Of a stretch of DNA of 48,299 nt, positions 36,937 to 48,299 are shown piece by piece (position 1 is the first letter of the stretch; every line of letters begins with the position of its first letter). Below the pieces are notes generated by a model. It was not told the DNA's origin, searched no databases, and saw only the letters and a list, made by a program, of their open reading frames with translations. Made by a program: the position numbers and the translations under genes. Origin of the DNA: Paraspadella gotoi. Taxonomy: Eukaryota > Animalia > Chaetognatha. The stretch lies in NCBI GenBank assembly GCA_051294375.1, contig CM119264.1, positions 6,288,208 through 6,336,506 on the forward strand, written 5' to 3'.

Positions 36937-39900
36937 CACCTCTCTCTTTCCCATTCACCCCCTCTCTTGGTCGCCAAAACAGAAAATTCGTGATAAAGTA
37001 GCTTTTTATTTATAAATCGAACATCTCATGTTTGTATAGCATTTAATAAAACGTTTAAAGTTGAATTAGTTTTTCTTTAAACTTTTGTTCTGCATCTTGC
37101 AGGCGAGATTCCACTAGAAAAACTGACAACATCTTGATAGTAGCATTGAATGAAAACAACGAATTTGTTTCGGCTAAATTGTGAGCCTTCATCAGCGTAA
37201 ATGTAAGTTTTAAAAAAATATTTAGAAATAACTATAAAAAACTTAATGTGCTAATTTTCCATGATTAGCCACGCTAAGTTGAAAAAATTTTCTGGATTGG
37301 ATGTCTTGACTGTTCATTTTTTCAATTTTCTTGTCAAGTTGGAAGCACACCCTCGCGGAAATAGCAAACAAACCCTGTTCATTTGTCAGAGTTTCCATTT
37401 TTTCTGCGATATTATTATTACAGGGGTAGACAGACCATATATCCGGACTAAACTTAACGTCCTGCAACTACAGGGCATTTTGGATGTTTTCAAAACATTT
37501 TTATGAGCGTGCATTGTATTGCACAGGATGAAAGCCATACTTGTTAATATTTTTTCAGTTGTCGTTTCTGAATATGATAGTGGTATGTCTTATCTTCAAT
37601 TTCCTTCATTTTTAGCTTTTCATAACAATCGAAATTATATATATTAAAATTTCTATAAGGTAAGTAAAATAAAATTAAAACAAAATATAACGAATACTCT
37701 TAAATCATCAAATACATGTATTTCTTGCTGTCTTGACCCTTTTATCATGCATTCTTTTTATTATGCATTCATATATTTTTAGATAAAAGTAAGTTTTGAT
37801 GAAAATTAGACTATAACACTAACTTAGATGAACCATACCTGCTTAATTCAAAATTTGACAAGGTAATGTAATGTATGTTCTGCCAAAAGAATTCTTATAC
37901 TACAAATAAGTGTTTTTATAAATAATTCTATGTGGTAAGAGATCAAACAATAAATATTAAAACATTTTTTTCTAAACCTTCTTTCTTTCTTTCTTTCTTT
38001 CTTTNNNNNNNNNNNNNNNNNNNNNNNNNNNNNNNNNNNNNNNNNNNNNNNNNNNNNNNNNNNNNNNNNNNNNNNNNNNNNNNNNNNNNNNNNNNNNNNN
38101 NNNNNNNNNNNNNNNNNNNNNNNNNNNNNNNNNNNNNNNNNNNNNNNNNNNNNNNNNNNNNNNNNNNNNNNNNNNNNNNNNNNNNNNNNNNNNNNNNNNN
38201 NNNNNNNNNNNNNNNNNNNNNNNNNNNNNNNNNNNNNNNNNNNNNNNNNNNNNNNNNNNNNNNNNNNNNNNNNNNNNNNNNNNNNNNNNNNNNNNNNNNN
38301 NNNNNNNNNNNNNNNNNNNNNNNNNNNNNNNNNNNNNNNNNNNNNNNNNNNNNNNNNNNNNNNNNNNNNNNNNNNNNNNNNNNNNNNNNNNNNNNNNNNN
38401 NNNNNNNNNNNNNNNNNNNNNNNNNNNNNNNNNNNNNNNNNNNNNNNNNNNNNNNNNNNNNNNNNNNNGCATCCCCAAAGATCAAGGACGAAGCATCTGT
38501 CATTCAAGAAAAAAGTGTTATATGTCTGATCCAACGACATAAAACATTTTGAGGTCAGCTTATCGTTCCCAAACTTTTTTTTTTTCAAGGGAGAAAGTCC
38601 TTTTTTTCCTCCGCGTCTCCTCTCAAGGTTTTTCCTTTTTTTAATTTTTTTTTTCGGGTCGTTTGTTTTTTGTTTTTTTTCAAGTTGACTTTTAGGTCGG
38701 CAAATATTGACAAGTAGAGGTCGCTTTTTATCGGAGAGAGATCGGCGACACTTTTGTTTGTTTCCATCTTTTTTCTGTTCGCGGCGACAGAGATTTTCCT
38801 TCTATCCTTGAATTGACTTTTTGTTTATTAACAATTTACTTTTTTTATTGTTATTCTATTTTTTTTTTCAAGACGTCTACCGACGTAACTATCGTCTTTT
38901 CCTTTCTCGATATTCCATTAAGAAGCTCGTCTTTTCTTTTTCCTAATTTTTTTAACGTTCATTTCTTTTTTCCAATTTTCTCGTTTCCATCCAAATCGCC
39001 AGAGCGTCGTAACACAAAAGAACATCGCCATAACAACGCAACAAAAGAGCATGGACCCGTATTCATAATCGCTTCATTGTTCCCAAGAACAACAACAGTA
39101 AGAGTTTTTGTTTTTTTCCCTCATCTCGTCGCCGGGCGGTTTATCTTTTCCCATCCGTCATCGTCGGCCATTTTGTTTTTAGCCTCGCTCCCATCTGTCA
39201 ACAACTTTTATCGTCTACATTTTCCCTCCCCCGACGTCTCGTAATAATTCCACGGTCTACTCTCCGCCGAGTCTCCGAGACATAACGCTCGGTGCCTCGA
39301 CCCCCTCCTCCCTCTTTCCTCGTCACCGCCTCCGACACGCCCCCCCTCAACAATCAGCGCCTCTTTTAACGTGGCACGCGTGTCGCGCTGTGGCTGCGCG
39401 GCAACCCTTTGAGCGTTCAACGCTGCGCGCCGCTACGCTGAAATGAATTTCTTACTCGATTTTCGGACGATTTTCAAAGGATTAGTGTCCACGAGACAAA
39501 ATATTTTTATTTGGCTTCCATCTGGGGTCAAGCGTTGGTCATGCAATAGCTCGGTCATCGGTCGGTTAAGTGGCATAAATGCGTAATTTCTAACGGCCAT
39601 TGCGGGCTTTGATGACTCGCTGTTGCGCCATCTGTTTACCCAGTACCCAATTTGTCTTTTGCCCGCCTTTTTGCGATCAGTCCTAGAAGTCTCCTCTCCA
39701 CAATGTGCAGTCCACATGTACCGCCTAGTCGCCATCTGTCCGTTCACCTCTCCATCTGTCCGTCCACGTCTACATCTGCCCGCCGCTGCGTGCGCGTCGA
39801 TGTTAGTGACCTTTCCCGACTCGCTCTAAACTGTTTATCACAATTTTCGGAGGAGTTTTCGAAACTTCGCTTCCTCCTCCTCCTCCTCCTCCTCCTCCTC

Positions 39901-42655
39901 CTCCTCAATTCGCCATTTTTCTTCCTCCTTTTCCTTCATTTTATGGGTTTTCCTTTTCTCCCCTACAGACTCCGTCAAACATTTTCTTTATATTCTCTTC
40001 TTTTCTTTTTCTCTTCATACGCGCGATTATATATAAAAATGATTAAAAATATAGAAATGATGTGTGATATCCATTTAGAAAACTAGGGCAGGAAGTAATA
40101 TTACCTTGTGTTGTATAGATGCTCCGTCTATTTCCAGAAGACAACACTAACAGCCCTCTCCTATTTAAAATATAATGTTTTCAGATTTAGATTATCTAAA
40201 ACCAAAATTAATAAAAAATAAAAATAATAGTAAAAATAAAAAAAATATAGAATATGTAATAAATAATTTTAATTTTAANNNNNNNNNNNNNNNNNNNNNN
40301 NNNNNNNNNNNNNNNNNNNNNNNNNNNNNNNNNNNNNNNNNNNNNNNNNNNNNNNNNNNNNNNNNNNNNNNNNNNNNNNNNNNNNNNNNNNNNNNNNNNN
40401 NNNNNNNNNNNNNNNNNNNNNNNNNNNNNNNNNNNNNNNNNNNNNNNNNNNNNNNNNNNNNNNNNNNNNNNNNNNNNNNNNNNNNNNNNNNNNNNNNNNN
40501 NNNNNNNNNNNCTTTTTTCTTCTTATTCTCTTTTTCATTTTCCCTTCTTATATTTTTCATCCTCTCATTCTATCTTTTTCTTTCTCTCTTCATATCTTTT
40601 TCTTTCTCTNNNNNNNNNNNNNNNNNNNNNNNNNNNNNNNNNNNNNNNNNNNNNNNNNNNNNNNNNNNNNNNNNNNNNNNNNNNNNNNNNNNNNNNNNNN
40701 NNNNNNNNNNNNNNNNNNNNNNNNNNNNNNNNNNNNNNNNNNNNNNNNNNNNNNNNNNNNNNNNNNNNNNNNNNNNNNNNNNNNNNNNNNNNNNNNNNNN
40801 NNNNNNNNNNNNNNNNNNNNNNNNNNNNNNNNNNNNNNNNNNNNNNNNNNNNNNNNNNNNNNNNNNNNNNNNNNNNNNNNNNNNNNNNNNNNNNNNNNNN
40901 NNNNNNNNNNNNNNNNNNNNNNNNNNNNNNNNNNNNNNNNNNNNNNNNNNNNNNNNNNNNNNNNNNNNNNNNNNNNNNNNNNNNNNNNNNNNNNNNNNNN
41001 NNNNNNNNNNNNNNNNNNNNNNNNNNNNNNNNNNNNNNNNNNNNNNNNNAGAAAAGAAAAGAAAAGAAAAGAGAAGAAAGGATAAAAATTGGTCCTCGCA
41101 TGAGGAATGGCAAAGAGACTCGAGTCACTTATAATCTGTCAGAGGAAGACAACGACGACAACAACAACAACAACGACAGACTCTGCATTCCAATAAAAGC
41201 TTTTTCCTCGAGACAATGTTGAGGCAAAACCGAGGGCCGTCTTTTTCTTTCCACGATCACGATCAGAACTTCTTCACCGGGTTATTCACTTGTCACTTCA
41301 CATTCCTGTTTAAAATGTTCGCTTGTGTGAGAAAAATCAGTTTTTCTGCAGATTGCTCGACCACCAATCATCGCTTGTCATTGATGATCTGGGTTTGACA
41401 GTAATTTATCTCTGGTCTGCTTTCTTGCTTTCTTTCCTTCTTTTTTTGATATAATTATTTCTACGATTTACACGTAATAATTTAATGAATTTTTTACGTT
41501 GTCTCGTCTCATTTAACGTTTTCCCGTCATTTTGAGGAAACAGTTTTGCAATTCTGAATTAGTTTACGACAATATTTAGTTTTTTCCCATTTTATATTAC
41601 TTTTATTTTACTAAATTTACATATCTACGTATCTACATATCTATTTCTTGTCTTCGAATGTTATTCGCTTCCTTTATTTCATTCATTTTTATTCATTTTT
41701 ATTCATTTCATTCATTTTTATTCATTTCATTTCTTTTCATTTCGTGACAACAAACTATTTCAACGGACGTCAAAGAGAAAAAAAAAAGATTTCTCTTTGA
41801 TTTCAGAAAAAATAAACAAAAGAATTCGAATTTCCGCGCGAAAAAATTCAAAAATCTGAAAAAAAGCGACGTCAAGATTTGAATTTAAAACGCGCGCGCC
41901 AAAAAAAAAAAAAAGACTAATTGCCGACGGGGAAAAAAAAACCTCGGAAAGTTTTTTTTTCTTCTTCTTTCTCAAGGCAAAACAGATTTTCGAGTTAAAT
42001 TCTCGAGTCGCGATGCGGCACTCCATTAAAAGACTCTTTTCGTTATCTCTCTCTCTCTCTCTNNNNNNNNNNNNNNNNNNNNNNNNNNNNNNNNNNNNNN
42101 NNNNNNNNNNNNNNNNNNNNNNNTCTCTCTCTTCTTTTTTTTTTTTATGTACCCATTTTTCTCATTTTCCGGGCGCTGTATTTCCTTTTACCAACATGCT
42201 TGGTTTCACATACCTATCTATTTTCTACATTTTAGGCTTGCTAAATTGCTAACTCCTATTACCGGAAGCTAATTTTGACTACTTCTTTCACTGTTCTCAA
42301 AGTATCACAACGCCTTTCTCTGTTCCCCTACGCTCCCCAGTCCCCACAACCCCTCAACCCATGCCACACCCGCTCCCCGCTCCCCACACCCCAACTCCCC
42401 CCCCACCGCGCCGCTACTTTTGCCAGTCGCGGTTTCAGTCTTATCTCAGTTTTCATCTTCGGCCGACGCAACTCGTAAAAATCCGTGCACGCCATCGCTT
42501 TTTTTTCTCTTTTGCACGCGCGCACGCACGCCTTTCGCTGCTCGCACGCACGCGAGAGCTTATTTGCGCGCACGTGCGCACTCGCGCGCCCCTGAGTTGT
42601 TTTCGGTTAGGAACGTCGACCGCGGGAGGAAATGAGAGAAAATTGCGGCCAAAGA

Positions 42656-42769
<114 letters not shown>

Positions 42770-44425
42770 AAGGTAGTTGGAGTCAGTCAACACCAATTGA
42801 ATAATTTCACCGCATTTTCTGTATCCACGACGACGATGCATCGATGTATTTAAAATATAAATAATTTTATTTTCTCGTCTTTTTTTTCAAAACCAAGAGC
42901 CCATTCTGCCACGGAGATTTTCGCTACTTTAATTTATTTACTTTATTTCGACTTTCCTACATATCTGTCAGACTCTTTCCGAAATATATTTTCTCAGCAT
43001 GACCGCATATATTTCGCGCGCATTTGTTCAGCCTTTCTCGCCCGCACGTTCATCTTTGAGTACGCATATTTATTTATGCCCGAGTCCGCGAGATTTTCTC
43101 GCGCGTCCGAACGGAGAAAAGTTCGCGGTTCCTGGGAGGGTTTGAGAGACTTGGGGGGGGGTGAGAGAAAGATGGGACCTGGAAGAAAAGGGTCAGGAGA
43201 GGAAAAGGGAGAAGAAACAAGAGGCGATGGGCGAGCGGTTATACGACTGAAGACGGAGAAAAAAAAAGAATACATAAAAAGGAAAGGGGACCATAAGTTT
43301 GGGAAAAGGACTGTGAAAATGGAAAAGGGTAGGAAAAGGAGATGTTGTGAAAAGAAATCGGAGAAGTGAGATAAGTAAGTAAAAGGGAAGTAACGGGTTA
43401 GAAAATAAGGTGAGGTGAGGTAAGTGACGGAAAGGGGAAAGGAACGCGAAAAAAAATGAACAAGGTTTTTAAAGAGCAGCCGGCCCGACCCGACCCGACC
43501 CGAGTTGCGAGCTCAAGGGTGCGCCGGGCTCGAAGGGCAGCGCCGGTCGGAAAAGGCTGAGCCAAACGGGCCGCGCGGGCAGGAAAGGCTGCGAGGGCGG
43601 ATCGGGCGTGGCCGCGTGGGCCGAGGTTGCCCGCCCCACGGCGGCAAATATTCGTCTAAAAATGCCGACGCGGGGGCGAAGAAGGATGACTGAAGGTTAA
43701 AGGGGTGGGGAATCGTGGGGTAGGGAAGGGGAAGGTAGGGGAAAATGTTTAGAAGCTTACCCGCTTTAATTACCCCTAAGGTTTGAGGTCGTTTTCTTTT
43801 TTCTCAGGCGAAGTAATTATCCTTCACCCCTCAGAGTTAACTTTTTTTTTTAAACAAAAATTTTCTAAATTTTACATTTTTTTTCTTGTTAGTAGTTATT
43901 AGACTAGACGCTCATTTCGAAACTTAAACAACAACAACAATCAAAATATTAGAATTGGAGTTGGGAGTTACACGCCAAATGGGCTTAGTAGTTTTATTCT
44001 GTAATCCGGTCTTCACATATTTGTAACTGCATTTAAAAACTCTTCGAAGAAGACTTGTTTCAAGATGAAATATTGATTTAAGGACTAATGCCTCTCGATA
44101 AAGAGTCAAGAGTATGAAAACAATTTAAAGACTGTGATTGTAGTGATAGTAACAAAACTATATCATAATCAATTAATTATTTAAGGCATTCATTCTCAAT
44201 ATATAACAACTCTTTCCATTGAATTCCCGTTTTGCTATTTGAATCATTGCAATGAACATTAGCGTCCATTTGCCATTCTTTGCATTCAAGTTTCAAGTAA
44301 TTATACTCGTAATAAATTGGACGTCATTGAAATCAATTTATCCGTCATTATTTTATAATTTTGCTTATCATTTAAAACACTTTGCCCCTCATTGTCCTTC
44401 CTTATCCAGATATTGTGATCACATT

Positions 44426-44606
44426 GTTATTGAAATGTTTTTGCCCGTCATCATAATCACTTCGCCCGTCATCGCAATAACTTTGCCCGTCATTGTCATT
44501 ACTTTGCCAGACATAGCGATCGCTTTGTTATTGAAATGTTTTTGCCCGTCGTCATAATCACTTCGCCCGTCATCGCAATAACTTTGCCCGTCATTGTAAT
44601 CACTCT
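44426..44606. repeat. Minisatellite: 101 bp higher-order unit built from ~21 bp monomers (ACTTYGCCCGTCATNGNNATN)
   Basis: GTTATTGAAATGTTTTTGCCCGTC starts at 44426 and at 44527. GCCCGTC recurs every 21 bp. Confidence 0.85.
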
Positions 44607-45164
44607 GTTTGTTATTGTAATCACTGAGAACGAGGATGACTTTGATCGCTAAGATCGGGGAGACTCTTCGCCTCCTCTCTAAAGATAAAGAGAGAGGACA
44701 TAAAATCGCCATTGAATCCAGATTCTCTGCGGCCATTAAAGACAGGACGCCGAAGGAAAAAGGAAGCGCGCGCGGAACAATGGTAGAACTGCGGCGGCAG
44801 CGCACGCGGCGAGACCGAAGGACGGATTGCCCAACAAGGGGTGAAAACGGAACGACTTGGCGGCAGCTGGTGGGAGCGTTAAGAAAGAGAATAAAGTCCA
44901 AGAAGAAAGAAGAAAGAAAAAAACAAGCCGTTGCGTTACATTAAACAAAAAGGGACAAAAGAAGAAAAGAAGGAATGTGTAAGAGAAGAAAGAGATGTGT
45001 ACATGAGAAAGACTCTTTGAGATGTATGCAGAAACGCAGCCAGCCCCTGGGAAAAGAGAGAGCAGAGAGAGATGCAGAGAGAGCGAAGACGCGCTCTTAT
45101 GAATCAAGTATGAACATAAAGCGCTAAATGCAGAGAACGAAGAAGCCTGAAACTGAATTATAAT

Positions 45165-45330
45165 AGCAAAGTCCGTAAAAGGAAAGTAATTCTTTCTCAA
45201 ATGTAACCCTACAAATATAAGAATAAAGTCCGTATGTAAAAGAAAATTGACTCAACCCCGTATGTAACTCCAGAATTTTAAGATCAAGGTCCGTATGTAA
45301 GAAGAGAGTGACTCTTCCCCGGTTATAACT
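45165..45330. repeat. Degenerate ~58-60 bp tandem repeat (about 3 copies)
   Basis: AAGTCCGTA(TGTAA)...TGTAAC recurs near 45168, 45226 and 45287. Confidence 0.55.
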
Positions 45331-48299
45331 GGGAAAATGGGAGCGGAAAGCCTTGTCTCTACTCCGCTGGATCTCCAGTTTTACGATTCAGTAATTTCCG
45401 CGCAAAAGGCTCGAGCTCGTCTCGGGTCGATTTCTCTTCTTGCGATATGAAGAAGAAATATCTCTCCTCTACGCGCCGATTTTTTTTCGTTTGGTCATTT
45501 TTTTCGTCAACAATAACCGATGTTGAACCTTTGTAGTACCCTGTTTTTGCAGTTCATTTTTGGGGTAATTACAAATAAGTTAATAATCCTGAACGAACTG
45601 AAAGAATAAGTTTATAGACAACATCGTGTGAGTGTCTCGATAGAAGGAAGAATAGTTTATCGAATGTATAAACAATTTTGTTTAAAAGAATTTAAAGGAA
45701 AAAAAAGGAGAAAAAGTAGTCAAAGCCTTTAGTTTTAGAGCCCGATTAAGCTTAAAATCTAAATAATATTGTTAATTTGACTCATAAATACAATATTATA
45801 CATTCATATATATGTTTAATTATTTAAGCAAATCCCAAATCGACCCAGTTTCTCCAGTTCCCATCCTCAAGCCAGACGAAAGAGGCGAGACTCTCTGTTT
45901 CTCATCCCATTTCCATTCCCGACCCAGCGGCTTCTGTTTTTCTCTCTTTACACTAGTTATCTCATTCGTTCCGCGTGTTTTCTCTCCCATTCTTCTTCTT
46001 CTTCCTCCTCCTCCTCCTCCTCCTCCTCCTCCTCTTTCCTCCGCCGGTTTCTGTTTAGAATCGGTTTTTCGTCTCGATGATGTTCCTTGTTCTTTTGTTT
46101 TTATCACTTTCTTTCATTTGTTTTTTGTCTTTCTGTTTTTTTATTTATTCGGAATCGACAGATGGCGAAGCCTAACGTCCGTCGATATCTTTGTTGCCAT
46201 TTCTTTAAATGGTTGGCTCAACCTTAAGAAATCCGAAATCCACGTGGGGGAAAATATTTTCTTTTAAATCTTTAAATCTTTTCCGTTTTTTTTCTCATCC
46301 AGAGCTTTGCCATTTTTTTCTCGCTTTCTTTTTTTTATTTTCGTACCATTTAATAAATGCTACTGCCTTTTTTGTCTTGTCTTTAAATCTTCATTCCCTT
46401 AAGTTAAGAGTTAAGATTTAACCCTCTCGCCATTTCTTTCAATTTCTTCTCTTTCGCTCATTGTAATTCGCAACCTGCATTCGCCCCTCTTCGTTCCTTC
46501 AGTCTGTCCATCAGTCCGTCCATTTGTCCGTCCGCCAATCCATACCTCCATCCATCAATCCATCCATCCATCCATCCATNNNNNNNNNNNNNNNNNNNNN
46601 NNNNNNNNNNNNNNNNNNNNNNNNNNNNNNNNNNNNNNNNNNNNNNNNNNNNNNNNNNNNNNNNNNNNNNNNNNNNNNNNNNNNNNNNNNNNNNNNNNNN
46701 NNNNNNNNNNNNNNNNNNNNNNNNNNNNNNNNNNNNNNNNNNNNNNNNNNNNNNNNNNNNNNNNNNNNNNNGTTTTTTTTTCTCGAGTCTTGATTGTGTC
46801 ACAAATCATCCGCTAAACGCATTTGTCAACCCAATATTACTATTCTTGCTCGTGACGTGAAAAGCGAGAGAGTGAGCCTATTTTTAGACGGGCTCCGATA
46901 TATTTNNNNNNNNNNNNNNNNNNNNNNNNNNNNNNNNNNNNNNNNNNNNNNNNNNNNNNNNNNNNNNNNNNNNNNNNNNNNNNNNNNNNNNNNNNNNNNN
47001 NNNNNNNNNNNNNNNNNNNNNNNNNNNNNNNNNNNNNNNNNNNNNNNNNNNNNNNNNNNNNNNNNNNNNNNNNNNNNNNNNNNNNNNNNNNNNNNNNNNN
47101 NNNNNNNNNNNNTTTTAGTTTTTTATTGCTAAACTACTTTTTTTTTTCACCAAATGTCGAGAAGGTTAAAAACAAAAATAAAAATAGGAAACGAAAAAAG
47201 AAAAAAGGAATTAAAGTGAATAAACGCTGATCAGTTCAAAGAATAATACAAACTTAACCCACACTGTTAAATACTTTAAAGTATCTGACAACTATGGTGG
47301 ACAAACAACAAATAAACAAAAAAGAAACATTGTTAGCAACATAACCAGAACAACAAAGCTACAATAGAAAAAAAAACGAAAAAAAACCCCCAGAAAATGG
47401 CCGATAGAGAAGAAGCAACGCAGATGGAAAACGAAGAGAAACTAAATTGTTTACGCTTTTTACTGTGAGTCGTTTGTCGTTTGATTAACTCGGCCCACTC
47501 GGCTCAAATGGAGAAACCGGAAGCCAACAAGAAGCCAAGCCACGCCCATCATTATTCGCCCCCTCTTCTTCTTCTTCTTCTTCTTCTTCTTCTTCTTCTT
47601 NNNNNNNNNNNNNNNNNNNNNNNNNNNNNNNNNNNNNNNNNNNNNNNNNNNNNNNNNNNNNNNNNNNNNNNNNNNNNNNNNNNNNNNNNNNNNNNNNNNN
47701 NNNNNNNNNNNNNNNNNNNNNNNNNNNNNNNNNNNNNNNNNNNNNNNNNNNNNNNNNNNNNNNNNNNNNNNNNNNNNNNNNNNNNNNNNNNNNNNNNNNN
47801 TCCAGGATGTTAAAGGACCTAAAAAACGTTTCTTCTCTGGTAACATTTGGTTTTAGTGCCTCTCTATTCTAGATTCTCCTTCGAACGTTAAACGTTCTTT
47901 CTTTCTTTATTCTTAAATATCCCTTTTTTTTATATCCATCCTTTTAGCAATAAATTAAAACGCATTATCGCCGGCGACGACGCCAAAAAAGAACAACGAC
48001 AACGACAACAAAATACAATAAACGATTTATCGCGATGTATCGTCTTCTGGATTCGATCCGAGATAAAACGATTAAAAAACCGGCTGAGGTCGTGTAACGT
48101 AATGTATATTGTTATATTGTTACCTTTTATCATTTCACAACGAATCTAAAATTGTCCGTGAACTCCCCTTATCCCCTTCGCTGCCATTTTGATTTCCTTC
48201 ATCCAAAATTCTCGCCCTTCGTTTCAATTTTCACTTCGTATCGATTATAAATGGATGCGTTTTTTTTATGTTTAAAAGAAAATCTTAAATGACAAAAAT

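Noticed and set aside
37848-41134. Long ORFs in the track spanning X runs (also 25957-27283 and 46458-47846)
   Set aside because: They are open only because they cross N gaps.
44419-44606. CRISPR-like array
   Set aside because: The units are contiguous with no unique spacers, there are no cas genes, and the context is eukaryotic.

Overview
Eukaryotic (animal-type, intron-rich, microsatellite-rich) draft-assembly window with N gaps and long stretches of unpolished long-read-like sequence. Three protein-coding genes can be reconstructed by hand. (1) A + strand class II-like myosin heavy chain (3' part of the motor domain, two IQ motifs, tail), with exons from 554 to a TGA at 10894-10896. Its tail is only about 215 aa, so it lacks the filament-forming rod, and it has substitutions at normally invariant relay, SH1-helix and head-tail junction residues. 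(2) A - strand divergent rhodopsin-family (FMRFamide-receptor/Srw-like) GPCR convergent with the myosin. Its halves (27288-27443 plus about 25480-25716; 12008-12537) are split by a ~12 kb redundant noisy copy of the locus. (3) IFT57 on the + strand (33041-36562, 9-10 exons) with a candidate RFX X-box upstream. About 1.7-5.0 kb and 13.3-25.5 kb are indel-riddled re-reads of the myosin/GPCR locus, most likely assembly artefacts and possibly from the other haplotype. Comparing the copies reveals a 1.4 kb TSD-flanked intronic insertion. The 37-48 kb region is non-coding with gaps, simple repeats and GC-rich patches. No CRISPR, rRNA or intact tRNA was seen. All identifications rest on manual translation and remembered family motifs, not database searches.
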